DNA of 64,000 nucleotides from Candidatus Babeliales bacterium (GTDB lineage Bacteria; Babelota; Babeliae; Babelales; Vermiphilaceae): NCBI GenBank assembly GCA_963743635.1, contig CAVUQO010000003.1, positions 480,001 to 544,000 of the forward strand, read 5' to 3'. Shown piece by piece: positions 61,120 to 64,000 of this stretch (position 1 is its first letter; each line of letters starts with the position of its first letter). The notes under the pieces were generated by a model. It saw only the letters and a program-made list of their open reading frames with translations, ran no database searches and was not told where the DNA came from. The position numbers and the translations under genes were made by a program.

Positions 61120-62025
61120 ATGAAGCAATATATCAAGCATGCGTTATGGTTATGTGTATGTATGGGATTTCTGCAGCAACCACTACATGCAGGTCCTATG
61201 ATGGATTTTTGCAGAAAGTTTGTTTCAAAAACAGCAGCTCTTGGATATTGGGGTCTTTTGAGTTACCCGGCGATAAGCGCGGCGCACGAGATGGAGCAAA
61301 TAACGCAATTTCAGGAATACATCACTGCAGTAGATGAATACAATCAGCCTTGTTCTGCTGATTTTAAAAAGAGTTATCCTCACAACTATAGAGATGTTCA
61401 GAATATTTTGCTTCGTGAAGGATTGGATTCTTTGGATGATTATACGGTTAAAGTATTAACGCCGGAGGAGTGCGATGGAATGGGGCTCACTGAGTATAAT
61501 ATGTTCAGCGTGGGAAATAAGATTATTCTGTTACCATCATTGGCTCTATCAAATATGGATGAAGAATTATTGACGGCATGTTTAAGCCACGAAATGAAGC
61601 ATGATAAAGATCATTATGCGGAAAAAACATTGGCTGTGATCGCTGCAACACCCTTTACGATTCATGTTCTTGCAAAAAATATATATCGCAAGATAGTGCC
61701 GACCATTCAACCGGTTCAGCATCCGACGATAATTCGTTCTCTGTGGCGGATACCGCGCGCGGGTGCAATCTTGGGTTTGGCGTATTTGGTAGAATTGTGG
61801 CATTCAAGAATGAAGGAACGTGATGCAGATGCAAGTATCAGGAATAGTCCAAAACTTGCGCGTAAAGTGGCCGATTTGTGTAAAGAATATTCTGTGTCGG
61901 AGAGCTCTTCATCAGCGTTGGAAAAATATCTCAATGAAATCTTATCTACTCATCCGCCGCTTTTAAAACGAGCTGCATATCTTGAACAGTGGGCAGCTGA
62001 GGCCGAGGCGAGGAAAAAGGAATAG
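61120..62025 (+). CDS. M48 family zinc metallopeptidase
   Basis: GGAG SD; HEMKH, SRMKERDAD, STHPP..KR. Confidence 0.85.
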   Translation: MKQYIKHALWLCVCMGFLQQPLHAGPMMDFCRKFVSKTAALGYWGLLSYPAISAAHEMEQITQFQEYITAVDEYNQPCSADFKKSYPHNYRDVQNILLREGLDSLDDYTVKVLTPEECDGMGLTEYNMFSVGNKIILLPSLALSNMDEELLTACLSHEMKHDKDHYAEKTLAVIAATPFTIHVLAKNIYRKIVPTIQPVQHPTIIRSLWRIPRAGAILGLAYLVELWHSRMKERDADASIRNSPKLARKVADLCKEYSVSESSSSALEKYLNEILSTHPPLLKRAAYLEQWAAEAEARKKE

Positions 62026-62119
62026 AATAGGCCACTATTCAAGCAAAAAAGTTGTTTTTATGACTTTTTGTCATGGAGACGGTATACTGGATTTTCGTAT
62101 TATCGTATAACGACCGTAT

Positions 62120-62815
62120 ATGAAAGATATTTTGATGCAAAAAAAACCAATAGTTATCGCGATTGCTGTAGTATTGATCATAGTTGGGTTGTATTATGGT
62201 GGCCTCAAAGACTCAATATCACTTGAGAGCTTGAAGCAAAATAGCCATTATTTCAAAACAATGGTAGATCAGAATTACTGGTTTTCCGCGATGGTGTTTA
62301 TCGCAACGTATACGCTTGCGATGGCGGCCTCACTGCCAGTAGTAGCACCATTTTCGCTGCTCGGCGGTTTTTTATTTAATACAATTCCCGGTGCATGCTT
62401 TTCAGTGATCAGTGCCTTAATCGGTTCGATGATCTATGTTGTGGTCTTTCGTCATTTCTTCGCCGCGTCGATGCATGAGCAGTTTAAGGATCAACTCGAT
62501 AAGTTTAAAAAAAATATGGATACATACGGTAAAAGTTATTTGCTGATTTTGCATTTTCTGGCCGTTGTGCCTTTTTTTATGATTAATACGCTGGCAGCAC
62601 TTGCCGACCTCTCACTTTGGGATGTATGTTGGACAACAACGGTTGGCAGTGGACCGGTATTTTTATTACTTGCCTTTGAAGGCGGTGAGCTTGCGCATAT
62701 CCAATCGGTGAGCGATATTTTTTCGGCGAAGTTTATTATAGCGCTTGCTTTGTTAGTGGCACTTGCATGTATGCCGATCATTGTTAAACGATTTCGCGGA
62801 TCAGTCGATATTTAA
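62120..62815 (+). CDS. TVP38/TMEM64 (DedA/VTT) membrane protein
   Basis: SLESLKQN, LGGFLF, VVPFFMIN. Confidence 0.85.
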   Translation: MKDILMQKKPIVIAIAVVLIIVGLYYGGLKDSISLESLKQNSHYFKTMVDQNYWFSAMVFIATYTLAMAASLPVVAPFSLLGGFLFNTIPGACFSVISALIGSMIYVVVFRHFFAASMHEQFKDQLDKFKKNMDTYGKSYLLILHFLAVVPFFMINTLAALADLSLWDVCWTTTVGSGPVFLLLAFEGGELAHIQSVSDIFSAKFIIALALLVALACMPIIVKRFRGSVDI

Positions 62816-62852
62816 ATAAAAACATAAGAGAGTAAAAAAGGAGTTTTGGGCA

Positions 62853-63545
62853 GTGATGAAAAAAAGTACATTTATAAAAATTGCATTGTGTGGAGTGCTC
62901 GTGCTTCCATTGGTGGTTGCCTATTGTTATGGTCTTACTGATCATTGTAATCTCGCCTCACTTAAAGCGAATAAAGAATATTTAGATACGTTTGTACGCG
63001 AACATTATTCTCTTGCCGTCTTCTATTATATATGCACCTACATTATGGTTGGTGCACTTTCATTTCCTTTTGCGTCACTCATTACGATTACAGGCGGTTT
63101 TTTGTTCGGCACGCTGTTCGGCGCATTGTATACCAATATTGGGGCCACTATCGGCGGTGTGATTGCATTTTTAGCATATCGCTATCTATTTGGTTCTTGG
63201 GTTAGAGAACATTATGGCCATCGCTTGGTAGCGTTCAATCAAGAATTCGAACGAAACGGCGCATGGTACCTGGTTATGATTCGCTTGATTGCGGTTATAC
63301 CATTTTTTGTGGCGAATGCATTTGCGAGCGTTGTACCCATTTCAGTTGAGACCTTTATCTGGACAACATCGCTTGGCATCATACCGTCTGCACTGGTTTA
63401 TAGCTTTGCAGGAGAGCAGCTTGATTCGATCAATTCGGTACGGGATATTTTTTCTGGCAACATACTCATCGCCTTTGTATTACTTGCACTTTTGACCGTT
63501 GTTTCCATTCTTGTGCGCTCTTTTTGCGTGAAGAATATAGAGTGA
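62853..63545 (+). CDS. TVP38/TMEM64 (DedA/VTT) membrane protein, paralog
   Basis: GGFLFG, GATIG, RLIAVIPFFVAN, TSLGIIP. Confidence 0.88.
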   Translation: MMKKSTFIKIALCGVLVLPLVVAYCYGLTDHCNLASLKANKEYLDTFVREHYSLAVFYYICTYIMVGALSFPFASLITITGGFLFGTLFGALYTNIGATIGGVIAFLAYRYLFGSWVREHYGHRLVAFNQEFERNGAWYLVMIRLIAVIPFFVANAFASVVPISVETFIWTTSLGIIPSALVYSFAGEQLDSINSVRDIFSGNILIAFVLLALLTVVSILVRSFCVKNIE

Positions 63546-63730
63546 TAAAAGGTTTTTTAGCGAAATATTTTTTTTCTTTATTTTGCCCGGATGTTGATCT
63601 AGTATACCTCGAGATAATGTTATCTAAATCATACCTGTAAGATGATATTGTACAGTTTCTGCACATTCGTTTTATGGTCTGTTTTTATAAAAGAATTTTT
63701 TTAATCACTACAACTTTAAAGGAGTTTGTA

Positions 63731-64000
63731 ATGGAAGCACGTTCGACGTTAATGAACATGTTATTGATCAGTATAATGGGGCAAAATGCCGTGATCCATG
63801 CTGATAACACACAGACAACGGTGGCACCAGCAACAGCGATAAATGCTGCACCAACATCAACTCCAGTAGCGCCAGCATCTACACCAGTAGCACCAGTATC
63901 AGCGCCAGCAACTCCGGCTGTGGCAGTTGTGCCTGCATCTGCACCAGTAGCACCAACACCAGCTGTAGTTAATGCAGCGCCAGCGTCAGCACCAGTGTCA
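63731..64000 (+). CDS. Secreted Ala/Pro/Val/Thr-rich protein, partial
   Basis: AAGGAG SD; signal peptide IHA|D; PVAP repeats; open to window end. Confidence 0.7.
   Translation, partial: MEARSTLMNMLLISIMGQNAVIHADNTQTTVAPATAINAAPTSTPVAPASTPVAPVSAPATPAVAVVPASAPVAPTPAVVNAAPASAPVS

Overview
A 64-kb AT-rich bacterial chromosome segment, most likely from a protist-associated Candidatus Dependentiae (TM6/Babelota)-like organism. This assignment is inferred from gene content and was not confirmed by a search. The housekeeping backbone comprises gltX, acyP, an Omp85 protein, potABCD, metG, topA, a plsC-batABCDE-M23-lepB-lepB cluster, tRNA-Cys, tRNA-Leu, HU, a split PilB/GspE, sufC/B/D/S and two DedA/VTT genes. 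Interleaved with it are roughly 20 signal-peptide-bearing accessory genes, several with eukaryote-like domains: PP2C, kinase-like+ankyrin, RING-H2+ankyrin, WD40, HAD, clan-CD protease-like, a stand-alone Ntn-hydrolase and M48. Main observations: (1) 14 exported proteins have a predicted cleavage site that exposes a new Met followed only by D/E/N/Q/S, resembling eukaryotic N-termini, and two tandem signal peptidases lie in the window; (2) one RBS+leader DNA cassette is shared by three unrelated effector-like bodies, with a remnant recording the swap; (3) two large proteins carry a CPD/C80-like His-Cys dyad; (4) a GlmS-type glutaminase domain would be activated by signal-peptide removal; (5) REP-like palindromes lie in frame inside metG, batC, sufC and potB; (6) a tandem coiled-coil gene array has a recurring 8-bp junction. 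Multiple indels in normally essential genes (gltX, topA, sufB) point to assembly errors, so all frameshift claims are provisional. No CRISPR array, rRNA, integrase, transposase or prophage was seen.
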